Below are positions 1-11,200 of a DNA stretch of 64,000 nt, one piece after another (within the stretch, counting starts at the first letter, position 1; the number at the start of each line of letters is the position of its first letter). The position numbers and the translations under genes are program-made. Below the pieces are notes generated by a model that was given only the letters and a program-made list of their open reading frames with translations, made no database searches and was not told the DNA's origin. The DNA lies in assembly GCA_039096225.1 (NCBI GenBank), contig JBBPEB010000003.1:868001-932000 (forward strand). The letters run 5' to 3'. This DNA comes from Blastocystis sp. Blastoise. Lineage: Eukaryota > Protista > Bigyra: Opalinata.

Positions 1-250
1 GAATTATTATGAATAGGAGGATTAATAGTAGAATTAGTACGAATAGGAGGAGAAATAGTAGAATTATTATGAATAGGAGGAGAATTAGTAGAATTATTAT
101 AAATAGGAGGAGAATTAGTAGAATTATTATGAATAGGAGGAGAATTAGTAGAATTATTATGAATAGAAGGAGAATTAGTAGAATTATTATGAATAGGAGG
201 AGAATTAGTAGAATTATTATGAATAGGAGGAGAATTAGTAGAATTAGTAC
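1..250 (-). repeat. 30-bp coding tandem repeat (about 8 copies), encoding PPIHNNSTNS on the minus strand
   Basis: Unit gaattattatgaataggaggagaattagta. The minus frame is open and continuous with the spliced exon starting at 347. Confidence 0.85.
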
Positions 251-584
251 CAATGGGAGGAGCAATAGGAGGAATAGAGGAGGAAGGTGACATTATATTC
301 TTATATACTAAAGGAGTACTAGCAGATGGAGTTCCTTCATGAATAATCTACATATATATATATATATATTAATAATATATATACATATATATACATTGTC
401 TTTTACTGTTGAACCTGATGGAGTAATCTCTATATAAATATCAAATAAAATTAAAATATTTATATAAATATATTATTTAAAAAATAATAAAATAAACTAT
501 ATATATATTTACGATTCGTATTTCTATTCGAATTCATAATAATATTATTGTTTGTATTTGGCATATAATTCTTTATATCTTTTA

Positions 585-633
<49 letters not shown>

Positions 634-2132
634 TATATATGTTGTTTTCATATCATAAGAAGGAATAGAAGATATATAAGAAGAAGGAATATAAGATATA
701 TAAGAAGAAGGAATATAAGAAGAAGGAGAAGTGAGATTAGATTGTATATACATAGTATTATAAGGTGTGGTTTGAGTCATTGAAGGAATTGAAATAAATC
801 TCATTGAGGGTTGTATATTATTTATAGATCTAGTTGAGGGATTGTACGAAACAGTAGATGGTGTATACAGAACACGTGGATAATTGTACGAAGATATATT
901 ATTTGGATTTGCTATTAAGAATGATTGGAGAGATCCTTTAGGATTTGTATCTATTGATTTTGATGCTGTTTCCCCTAGTGTTAATGTAGTATCTATTGAT
1001 TTTGACGTACTGTCACTTGATTTTGAGATATTCTCTATTGTTTGTTCAGAATGATGTTTATGTTGTTTAACTTGATGTTTTATACTCTTATTCTTATTAT
1101 TCTTATCATTATTCTTTTTACTATAATAAATATCTTTAATTTCTTTACTGATTATAGTATTATATCGAATAGGTGGCAATTTAATGGAATGTACATATTT
1201 TGGAAGAGGAGATAGAGCTTCTTTTGTAAAGGATTGATATTTTTTGGTAGAAGATTCAACTCTTTTAGTAGCGGATAGAACTCTTTTAGTAGCAGATAGA
1301 ACTGTTTTACTAGGGCATTCAACCTTTTTAGTAGGGGATAGAACTTTTTTGGTAGGGCATTCAACTTTTTTGTTAAAGCATTCAACCTTTTTAGTAGGGC
1401 ATTCAACCTTTTTGGTAGGGCATTCAACTTTTTTGGTAGGGGATAGAATAGGAGGTAATGGTGGAGGAGACGGTGAATGCATGTCTGAAATTGACTGAGT
1501 TCGTCTGGAATCACTAGTATGGAAGAAATTGATTTGTGGTGGAAGGCGAGGAGATAAAGAATAATTATTATTATAATTATTATTATTATAATTATTATTA
1601 TTATAATTATTATTATTATAATTATTATTATTATTATAACTAGTAGGAGAAGAAAAATGATTTGAATGATTGAAAACATAAGGACTAGAAAAATGTGATG
1701 AATCTAAAGATTGTACGGATTGTACGGATGGTACAGACATGGGGGATTGTGAAGCAGAAGAAGACATATCTATTGAAGATGATTCTATATATATATATAT
1801 TTAGAATAATTATAGAATAGAATTATATATATATATTTACGGTTTGTGGAAAAGAATTCGGTAATCCGTTTTTCTAAATATATATATAAATAAATATATA
1901 TATATATAAATACATAATAAATAAATAAATTTAATTATATATATAAATAATAAATTATATATATAAATAATAAATTATATATATAGATACCTTTATAGGG
2001 TTTAATGACATCTGGTCGATTATTATTGAATTTATTAACTAATGTTGACACAGGATATTGAGTGTATTCGTTAAACGTGTCACAAGTACTTATAGTATAA
2101 ACATTCTATATATAATTATTATTATTATAAAC

Positions 2133-2163
<31 letters not shown>

Positions 2164-3201
2164 ATAAACATAACTACATTATATATATATATAAATGTTT
2201 ATAAAAAATAAAACAATAATTTTAAAAATATAATTAGATACATTAATATCAGAATTAGGATCAAGCCATGTATCTACTTGATTTGCTTCAATTAATACCT
2301 ATATACATATATATATATACAATAAATGGCATAAAAAAAAATTTATGTATATATAATAAATGACACAATAATTATAAAAAACATATTATATAATAATATT
2401 AAAAAAAAATTCTATTAAAATAAATATGACTATAAAAAAAATAATATTTAAAAACATAACTAAACACTTTAAATATATACAGGCATTCTAGTATGAATAA
2501 AGGCGATATCCTGATTTGATTCTTTTGTTAATATAACAAATGTATATAAAGATTCACCTTCTTTTGATACCCAACAATCCCATAACTATATATATATATA
2601 ACTAATAAATAGAATTAAATTAGATACACCAGCAGCATAAAGTAAATTTCCACTTTGTTTTGCATGAATATAAAAAGGTTGACGTTGTTTCCCTTCGGAT
2701 CGCCATTCAAAGTATCTACACAATAAACAAATATATTAGAAGAATCAATTAATGTAAATATCAATTAAATAAAAAAAAAACGAAAAAATAAAATTGATAA
2801 AAACATTTACCCTTCAAATAGAATGACACATCGTTGACTTGAGAGTAATCGAGAGAACGTATGTTTTGTAGTAATCGTTTCGGAACAAGCATTAAATAGT
2901 AAAAAAGGATTATGTTTGGAAGAACGATTTTCATAAGATGGAATAAGACCCCATTTCATGGTTCTCACAATCTTAGAGTTGCCAGAAGATGATACTAAAA
3001 CAGGTAAGTTACATCCTGGGTATGCATTATAGATAGGATCATCTAAACAAAGATATTTGTGAATTATTAGAATAGAAAACAATCAAGATAAAATAGATAA
3101 ATCATCATACATTTTTCTATATCTTTCCATTCCTCTTTATTTGTACCTGTTTTTGAACAGATTTGGTCTGGAGTAAGACTACAGAAACATCTACCACACA
3201 T
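1..3201 (-). CDS. HMCES: SRAP/HMCES-family abasic-site protein, multi-exon, apparently spliced in frame to a long low-complexity/repeat C-terminal tail (runs off the left edge)
   Basis: ATG at 3201 gives MCGRCFC (catalytic Cys2). Motifs MKWGLIP, FNACSE, QRCVILFEG/YFEW, FIHTRMP, YPVSTLVN. Exon 1841-1873 gives EKRITEFF. GT-AG intron 1785-1840 joins in frame to exon 513-1784, then 395-429 and 1-347. The SRAP domain is secure; the tail fusion is inferred. Confidence 0.85.
1245..1450 (-). repeat. 21-bp coding tandem repeat encoding PTKKVEC/PTKKVLS heptads
   Basis: Repeated gtagggcattcaacc/ttttt units; translation in ORF 460..1767. Confidence 0.85.
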
Positions 3202-3981
3202 TATAAAAGCCTAACCAATAAGTAACGGTAAGTAAATATTCCTAAATAAAACTCAAGGAACTAAGTAGGTTAAGAAATAATAATACCAAAATATATGTAG
3301 CACTGATCATCAGCGTCATTCTTTCTCCGAAAAAAATATAAAAACAAAAGAGTAAACGGTAAGTTACCGCCTAAAACCAAATTTTTAGCAGTGATCTACT
3401 TTTTTATTTAGTTTGTTAATTGATTCTATTATTGTATTTTTGTATTTAGTTTATATGATTCTGAACTAATTACTTCTGTAATTACTGAAGAATTTTAAAA
3501 AAACTATGTTTTAAAGTCATAAGACGCGTATTTGGAGTTGAAATGAGTTATTCATCGTAATTACTCGATTAAACTTTTTCGTGCTCAAAGAGTCATTTGT
3601 TTCTATATTTAGCAAGTATACTAGGTACCCACTGCACTATCATTTCATAAACTAGTTATTTTCAATTGAAAGAGTCTAAAAAGAACTTAATCCATTTTAT
3701 ACAATAGCTCGATCTTCATATGTGTTGATCTGGTTGATTTGGTATTATTTTCAAGTATATGAATATTTAAAATATGATAGAAACCTATGAAAGACGAAGA
3801 TTTACTAAAATGAAAAAGCTAAAGTTTTTTCATAAAACTAGAGCGCTGGCTCTATTATCGGCCGAAAGTGATAAAAATAAGATACAATCAGTGCCAAAAC
3901 CTGACAACCCTTATCGTTTTCAATAGTTACGGGGAATTTTTTGACGCGGTTTTTTTTGTTTGAATTGTAATAACATGTAGA

Positions 3982-4011
3982 ATATATTCTAGAAATTTCT
4001 AGAATATATAA
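3982..4011 (+). promoter_or_regulatory. Putative heat-shock element (TTCtaGAAatTTCtaGAA) in a 28-bp palindrome, followed by TATATAA
   Basis: 3987-4004 has four alternating nGAAn/nTTCn units; 3982-4009 is a perfect palindrome; about 110 bp upstream of the transposase ATG. Confidence 0.55.
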
Positions 4012-4113
4012 TTAGTGGTTTTGGAAAAACAGAAATTTTAATTGGAACACAATTACTCTGAGACCTTTTTTAACCCTTTAAAAATAGTTTTATTCTTTAA
4101 AAATAAGTTGTGT

Positions 4114-5127
4114 ATGGGTAAATACGTCGTTATAACTGAAAGAGAGTTTAGAAAGATGATAAGAGACGGGTACACGGATGAACAGATTGCCATTCATTTT
4201 CATTGTTCGCTTAGAACTGTTGCCCGTAGAAGGTCCCAATACAATATGTCCAAGTCAACTAAGAAAGGTGGAAGACCACAAGTTTTAACTCCTTCTAATT
4301 TACGAGAAATCAATAATATTGTCCCAAAAAGCTCTGAGAACTCTAGCGTTTTATTGGATATCTTCCAAAAGAAAACCGGTACTCATGTCTCAAAAAGGTC
4401 CTTTATTAGAGGACTCCATGCTGTTGGTTACGTCGCCAAAAAGAAGCTTCATAAACCACTCATATCGGAGAAAAATAGAAAAGTCCGATTGGATTGGTGT
4501 TTAAAATACCGAAATATGCCAATAAGTTTCTGGGAAAACGTCCTCTGGTCTGACGAGTGTTCTATTAGAACACATCAATCAACCTTTCAAGAATACTATT
4601 GGAAGAAACCTGGTTCTCCAAATAAGCCGTCAGAAATCATTCCAACCATGAAAAACGATGGAAAATCGATTATGATTTGGGGATGTATGACGCAACATGG
4701 TGCTGGTCAAATGGAGGTCCTTGATGGTCATGTGACATCATTAAAGTATGGAGAAACTCTTGGTCGAACTCTTCCGTCAACCGTGGAAAAATTGCAAATT
4801 GACCCCAAAACTATGGTATTCCAACAGGATAATGCTCCTATTCACAAGTCAAAAAAGATGAATAGTTTCTTTAAAACTGCTCAACTTACAGTGATTGATT
4901 GGCCTCCACAGTCCCCAGACCTTAATCCCATTGAACATCTTTGGGTCTATATTAAAAGAAGATTACAAAGAAATTCCCATTGCGGATATACTTTGAGTCA
5001 ACTAAAGGTCGAAGTTGACAAGATATGGAGGTCAATACCTGTAAATGTATGTGAAAGGCTTGTTTTATCAATGCCGAAAAGAATTGAGGCAGTAATAGCC
5101 AATAATGGTGGATTTACAAGATATTAA
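4114..5127 (+). CDS. Tc1-family DD34E transposase (337 aa from first ATG), intronless
   Basis: N-terminal HTH and GGRP linker; WSDE, FQQDNAPIH, WPPQSPDLNPIE; 34 residues between the second D and the E. Confidence 0.96.
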   Translation: MGKYVVITEREFRKMIRDGYTDEQIAIHFHCSLRTVARRRSQYNMSKSTKKGGRPQVLTPSNLREINNIVPKSSENSSVLLDIFQKKTGTHVSKRSFIRGLHAVGYVAKKKLHKPLISEKNRKVRLDWCLKYRNMPISFWENVLWSDECSIRTHQSTFQEYYWKKPGSPNKPSEIIPTMKNDGKSIMIWGCMTQHGAGQMEVLDGHVTSLKYGETLGRTLPSTVEKLQIDPKTMVFQQDNAPIHKSKKMNSFFKTAQLTVIDWPPQSPDLNPIEHLWVYIKRRLQRNSHCGYTLSQLKVEVDKIWRSIPVNVCERLVLSMPKRIEAVIANNGGFTRY

Positions 5128-5681
5128 TATTTGTGTTTCAATTCAAAAAAATGGTTTTTTAAATTTTTTTCCATGACGCTTATTTGTTTTGTTTCCCTGT
5201 TTTAATAGTCAATACAACCTTTGATGACAAATGACTTAATAAAAAAAAAACAAAGAAAAACTCGCCAGTTTAAAAAAAAAACCGAGGTTGTCAGGTTTTG
5301 GCACTGATTGTATTTTCTTTAATAACCTCTATTCTAGAAGTAATAAAAGAAAAATGATTTTTAAATAAAACCACGTAAGCTATAAAAAAAGAAAAAAAGC
5401 AGAAAGAATCACGATTATTAGAAAGATAAAAGCGACATTTTAATTTTTTCAATTAGAGTCAGTCTTTTATTCATAAATATTTTTGTGTGCTTTTAACGGC
5501 AATAAAAAAAGTATTGGCGAATATTTATAAACAGACGTTATAAAAAATGTTGTGGAATTCCAAAACTACAGAATCCTATAATCATGATTATTTTCGGAGA
5601 TTTCCTGCATTTTACAATTTGTTTCTTCATTTGTAAAAAAAATGAAATACAACCATAATAACGGCTTTTATTGTAGAAATA

Positions 5682-7392
5682 ATGCGTATTATAGCTGAAA
5701 AGGATTCATATGGTTGTTATAAGTTTATCATAAGCTATATAATTGAAAGAATCAAAACATATAGATCACTAGATGGAAAACCTATGTGTATTTTACTTCC
5801 AACTTATACTAAATTATCAGCTCCATTGTATACATTATAAATATTATAATCATGTTTTTCCTATTATTCTAGATATCGTGGTTTAATTGAACAATATCAA
5901 AATGGAACAGTATCCTATAAGAATATTATCTTATTTCAACTTGAAGAATATACTGGTATAAGTATTTTAGATGAAAGAAGTTGTGCATCAGATCTTTTTC
6001 ATCATTTTTTATGTTATGTCGATATTCCTCATGAAAACGTTCATTTCATTCATGGAGATGCAAAGGATGTACATAAGGAATGTGATGAATTTGAACAAAG
6101 TATAATTGATTGTGGTGGAATTGATTTAGCTATCTGTGAAGTAAGTTCTGATGGAGGTATAGGTGGTAATGAGCCTGGTTGTGGACTTAAAACAAGAACA
6201 CGTGCTCGAATGCTATCTAATTTTGTTTTTCATGATCGTTCCCATGTACAATGTGGTTTTCAAGATTTAGATCCTAAATATTTTAGAACTATGGATCATC
6301 ATCGATATAAACATGTTGTCACAATGGGTATGCAGACAATCATGAATTGTTATGAAGTTATTGTATATTTTCTTGGCATTACTCGATCTCGAGCATTACA
6401 TCATTGTGTCGAAGGATGTATACATAATATGTTTCCTGCATCTATATTTCAAATGCATGAACGTCCATGTCTTGTAGCTGATGAACCAGCCTTATCTGAA
6501 CTTCGATGTCATACATTGAATTATTATAAAGGACTCATGGCTACTTATGAAGCAGTTCATCAATATAATATTAATATTAATACAGAAGGTATATATATAA
6601 GTTTTTTATTATTATTATTTTTTTTTTATTTATTTTATTTTTCATATATATTATATATATAAAAATATTATATAGAATCGACTCCTTATTTAACAGCTAA
6701 TAAATGGGCTGATTTTCATTTACCTCCTCATGTTCTTGATACTTCTGTTATAGTATATATATATATATATATATATTATTATTATTATGAACAAAATATT
6801 TTTAATTTATTAATAATAATAATATATATATATATATATATAGTTACCACCAAAAAAATATCCATTTATTTCAAATTATAAAACAAGTACAACAATGACG
6901 CACATTATGCGGAATACTATTTCCGATCCCTCTCAAGGTCATTCTCGTACAACTATGGATATAGATAATAAAAATATTCCTACTATATTAACGACACTAA
7001 CAGAACAATTAACATCTCAAACCCTCTCTGAAAATCAAAAATTATTTCATGCTTATATATCACCTATAGAAAATAATATGTATTATTTCTTAACCCCTCC
7101 TAATGTTTCTACTACTTCTACTCCTCATTCGATTCATTCATATAATTCTATTCCTACTATTTCTCCTTCTTCTTCTTCTTCTTCTCCTCTATCTACTTCT
7201 TTATATTCTTCCTCTTCTATAACTTCTACTTCTTCATTTAATCATAATCATTTATATAACAAAAGTAATAGTATACACTCTAAGGATAGTACTATAAATA
7301 CATCAAATAATCAAATAACACTAACAAATAATAATAATAATAAATCTATTAATGAATCTTCTGATTATAATAATAAGAGAATTAAACAATAA
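5682..7392 (+). CDS. Glucosamine-6-phosphate deaminase (NagB/GNPDA)-like protein with degenerate active site and S/N-rich tail; 4 exons
   Basis: Spliced translation includes LLPT, FQLEEYTG, VDIPHENVH, GGIDL, NEPG, TRTR, VTMGMQTIM. Three GT-AG introns keep frame to TAA at 7392. Confidence 0.85.
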
Positions 7393-8374
7393 AATATATT
7401 CATTCCCTATTATGTAATATATATATATTAAACTGTTTATTCCATTTTATTTGTTTATCTTGTCCATATATATATACATATATACATCTTTTATTATTAT
7501 TTATATTATTATCTTTTTTTTTATGGATATTGCTTATTTCTTGTTTATATATATATATTAAAAGACTTTTATTCTTTCTCTTTGGGAATATATTTCTTTT
7601 TCTATTTTTATTATAATTCTTTTTTACTATTATTATATATATTTATTTATTTAATAGTCTATTCTTTCATCTTTTTATTATTAATCTATATATTTATTTT
7701 TATTTTTTTCTTTTCCTCTTTATTAGCATCTAGTATTTCTATATAGAAACTATTTTCTTTATTTTTTTATACCGCTTTTTATATTATATAAATCAATTCT
7801 TCCTGTAGCTTGTTAGTTATATATATTTAAATAGATATATATTGAATTGTCTTTTTTCCTTTTCATTTTTTTTTTTTGATTTTTTTCTTCTTTTTATAAA
7901 CTGTTGTGTATTGTATTGCTTACTAAACCTTGAGTTTTGTTATTATCATCAATTACATTTCATTTATTCATTTGTTTTTATCTATCGAAGGAATGTTATA
8001 CTTTTAAAGGAATTCAATCGAAAATTATATAGAATAATAATTTATTTATGTTATTTAAATCAATAGAATTACAAGTTATTATATAAGTCTATATATATGT
8101 GTATGAAATTTTTTATTCTTTAATAAGCAGATGATATTCATATATTCTTCAATATTATCAATGTTTACAAAAATAAGTAATTATACTTACAATTAAACAA
8201 TACATAGAATCACATATCCCAATAATTATAAAACATAGATTAATATAAATAAATATAAAAAAGTGAGTTTATATATAAAATAAAATAGATTTATTAAAAG
8301 AACAATCATTCGTATTAAACACAGTATAGTATCATGAAATTATAATAATATCATATATATATATATAATTCACT

Positions 8375-8935
8375 TTATATTTTTGTAAAATGATTGATAT
8401 ACGTTCTTTCTTTAATTCCATTCGCAAATAAATGAATCATTCTACCATCATTATTATGACAAAATATATTTAATTTCTCAATTACCGCGGGAATCTCTTT
8501 TTCATAAGCATCTTCTGTACCCACAAAATTCTTAAATGTAAATATTAACTATAGATAGAATAAATAGAAATGAAAGAAAGACTATTATTTAAATAATTTA
8601 TTAATTTTATTTATTTTGATTTATAAATATATATATATATATATATATACATAAGCTCCGTTTTCCATATGATTTTGAAATAAGTATATATATTCAACTG
8701 CTTTTGAGGGTCCAGTATTAATATCACATACTAAACAACCGTTTATATGAACATCTATAAAGAAATGAAGCATAAAGAGATGATATTATATATAAGATAA
8801 TGTATATACAAGATAGAATATATATTTACAAAAATAGATAGATATATATATTATATATTAAGGTTTATATATATATAATTTTGAAATAAAACAGAAATAA
8901 AAAAATGTACAAATATGAATAATAAGACAAATAAA

Positions 8936-8970
<35 letters not shown>

Positions 8971-9326
8971 TTTGTTGTTCTAGAAGAGGAAAGCATTGTT
9001 CTATAGTTTCTGGTATATGCGTAACATGAGAAGAAGAAGAGAGAATAGGAGAGAGAGGGGATGGATCAATAGAATATACATATAATCCTTGATCCACTAA
9101 GAACTTTGACCAACTATGATGTTATATATATCATTATTTATCATTCATTTATTATTTATAATCATATATATATTCAGTAAAAACAATATTTTACTATTAA
9201 ACAATATTGAATACTTAATAATATAAATTATCATATATATATATAAAGAATAAGAGATAAACGAATAAATAACAAAAAAAGAAAAAAAAATTAAATATAT
9301 CTAAGCAAAAAGAAAATATACATATC

Positions 9327-9358
<32 letters not shown>

Positions 9359-10245
9359 CCCTCCAGGTGCTGCGCCAAGGTCAACTGCGACAGTATTAGG
9401 TATAAATAGAAGATGTGTTCTAGAAGAAGCTTCTTTGATCTTATAATATGCTCTGCTTATTAATTGTTCATCATATACTTGATCGGCTAATCGACCTACA
9501 AAGAGGTATATCTATTAAGGAAATATATATATATAAAGGAAATAATATTATAGTATTAATACTTGTAGTTATAATAATAATTAGTAATAATTATTATTAT
9601 GTAGTATATAACTTTATATTTATACTTTAATAATATAAATAAATATATAAATATATATATATAAAGAGAAAGGATATATCTTTAGGTTGTATAGAATAAG
9701 CATATCCTTGAGAAGGTAATTGAATTACATGTAATAACGAATCAAATTCATTAGCTTTAAGTTCTATAGAACTCACAGGTATTTCCATTGTAAAAAGATC
9801 TTGTTGAAATTGTTGAGGCATTGCTTGAATACGAACTCCAATTTTCTTGCTATAATAATAAATTTTAATAAATAATCACTTTATTAACATAATAATTTAT
9901 AAAATACTGATCATCAATAACTTGTTTTTCATAATAAACTGACAGATCCTTCCATAAATCTTCAATTGTATTCACAAATTTATCGATAATATAGATTCTT
10001 CTAAGAGTTCTAGCTATGTTCTCATCTTTAGAATAGTTTTCAAATTCTTCACGAGGATTAATTGCACGACCAAAGATTAAATGCTCACATTTTCTATTTG
10101 TTCCAAATCGTATTGTACCAACATATTTTAATCCAGATGTACTCTCTTGAATATACTCTTCAAAACGTTTTACATGAGATGCTGTTGTTTGAAAAGCTAT
10201 ATTAGCGTTTTCAATTATTTCTTTTTCTTTTTGAATAGTATCCAT
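8375..10245 (-). CDS. FtsJ/RlmM-like SAM-dependent RNA methyltransferase, multi-exon; includes an AT-AC intron at 9506-9677
   Basis: ISRAYYKIKEA, AVDLGAAPGGWS, SIDP, LVCDIN, LIFTFK, HLFANGIKERT; stop at 8375-8377. Confidence 0.85.
9506..9677 (-). other. U12-type (minor spliceosome) AT-AC intron, 172 nt
   Basis: Minus-strand 5' splice site ATATCCTTT at 9677; branch-like TTTCCTTAAT at 9523-9514; ends ATATAC at 9506. Phase-0 join gives SIQPKD|LFVGRL. No GT donor at the exon end. Confidence 0.85.
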
Positions 10246-10781
10246 GTGAAAATTTATTTTTTTGATTTTTTAATTTATTTTATATTTATCTTTATTTTTT
10301 CCTAATAATTAGTTTTCTAAAAATTATAAAATTGATAAAAATAGTTTTTATGGTATACATGTGAATTCTTTTTATTCTGTAATCAATACGATATCTAACA
10401 AAAAAATAGAGAACACAAATTTAACAAAATATACATTTAGGCACTTACAAATAAACCTATACTAATAATATAGAATAAGTTTATTCTATACAGTTACGTT
10501 TCAAACTTATAAGAAATATTAGATATCAAAATAAAGCAAGGAATAAAATATTAAAAAATAAAAAAAAATAAAGAAATCTAGGATAATAACACAAAGTATT
10601 TATATAGAATACTTTGAAAAAATAATCATTGATAAGAAAATGGAAAAAGAAAAAAGAAGAATAAAAATGAATATGATAATCATTTGAATATAAATAGAAA
10701 ATAAATAAAAATAAATAAAATTAAATTAAAAAAAAAGGAATCCTATATAATAAGAATAAGATAGTAATAGAGTGATATTAC

Positions 10782-11164
10782 TTAATCATTCTTATTTTTC
10801 AAATGTAGTGTATATCTTTTATTCTTTTCTTCAATAAATATATTACTAGTATTCCAGTTCTTTTCAGTCAGTTCTGATATATATTTAGGATAAAGATCTT
10901 TTGAAACTATATAGAAATAATTATTACTTTTTAATATATAAGAAAAATGAATATAAACAGATATATATACGTTTATATGTTTTCATTAATAGTTGATTTA
11001 TGTAGACTTGGGAATAATTATTAAGAGAACTATAGAATAATAGAAATAATTATTACTATCATTTATATGGTATAATAATAATAATAATAATAATAAATAC
11101 TTGTTAAGAAGTTCTTTTCTGAATAAATAGCCATGTAAATAGCCGAATAATTGATCATTAGATC

Positions 11165-11200
<36 letters not shown>

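Larger units (their letters stand above)
3885..5310 (+). mobile_element. Intact Tc1/mariner DNA transposon, 1426 bp
   Basis: Perfect 25-bp TIRs CAATCAGTGCCAAAACCTGACAACC at 3885-3909 and 5286-5310, flanked by a TA target-site duplication (3883-3884, 5311-5312). Confidence 0.97.

Noticed and set aside
9-290. Arg-rich plus-strand ORF (also 49490..50035 minus and 49452..50132 plus)
   Set aside because: Antisense or off-frame shadows of coding tandem repeats.
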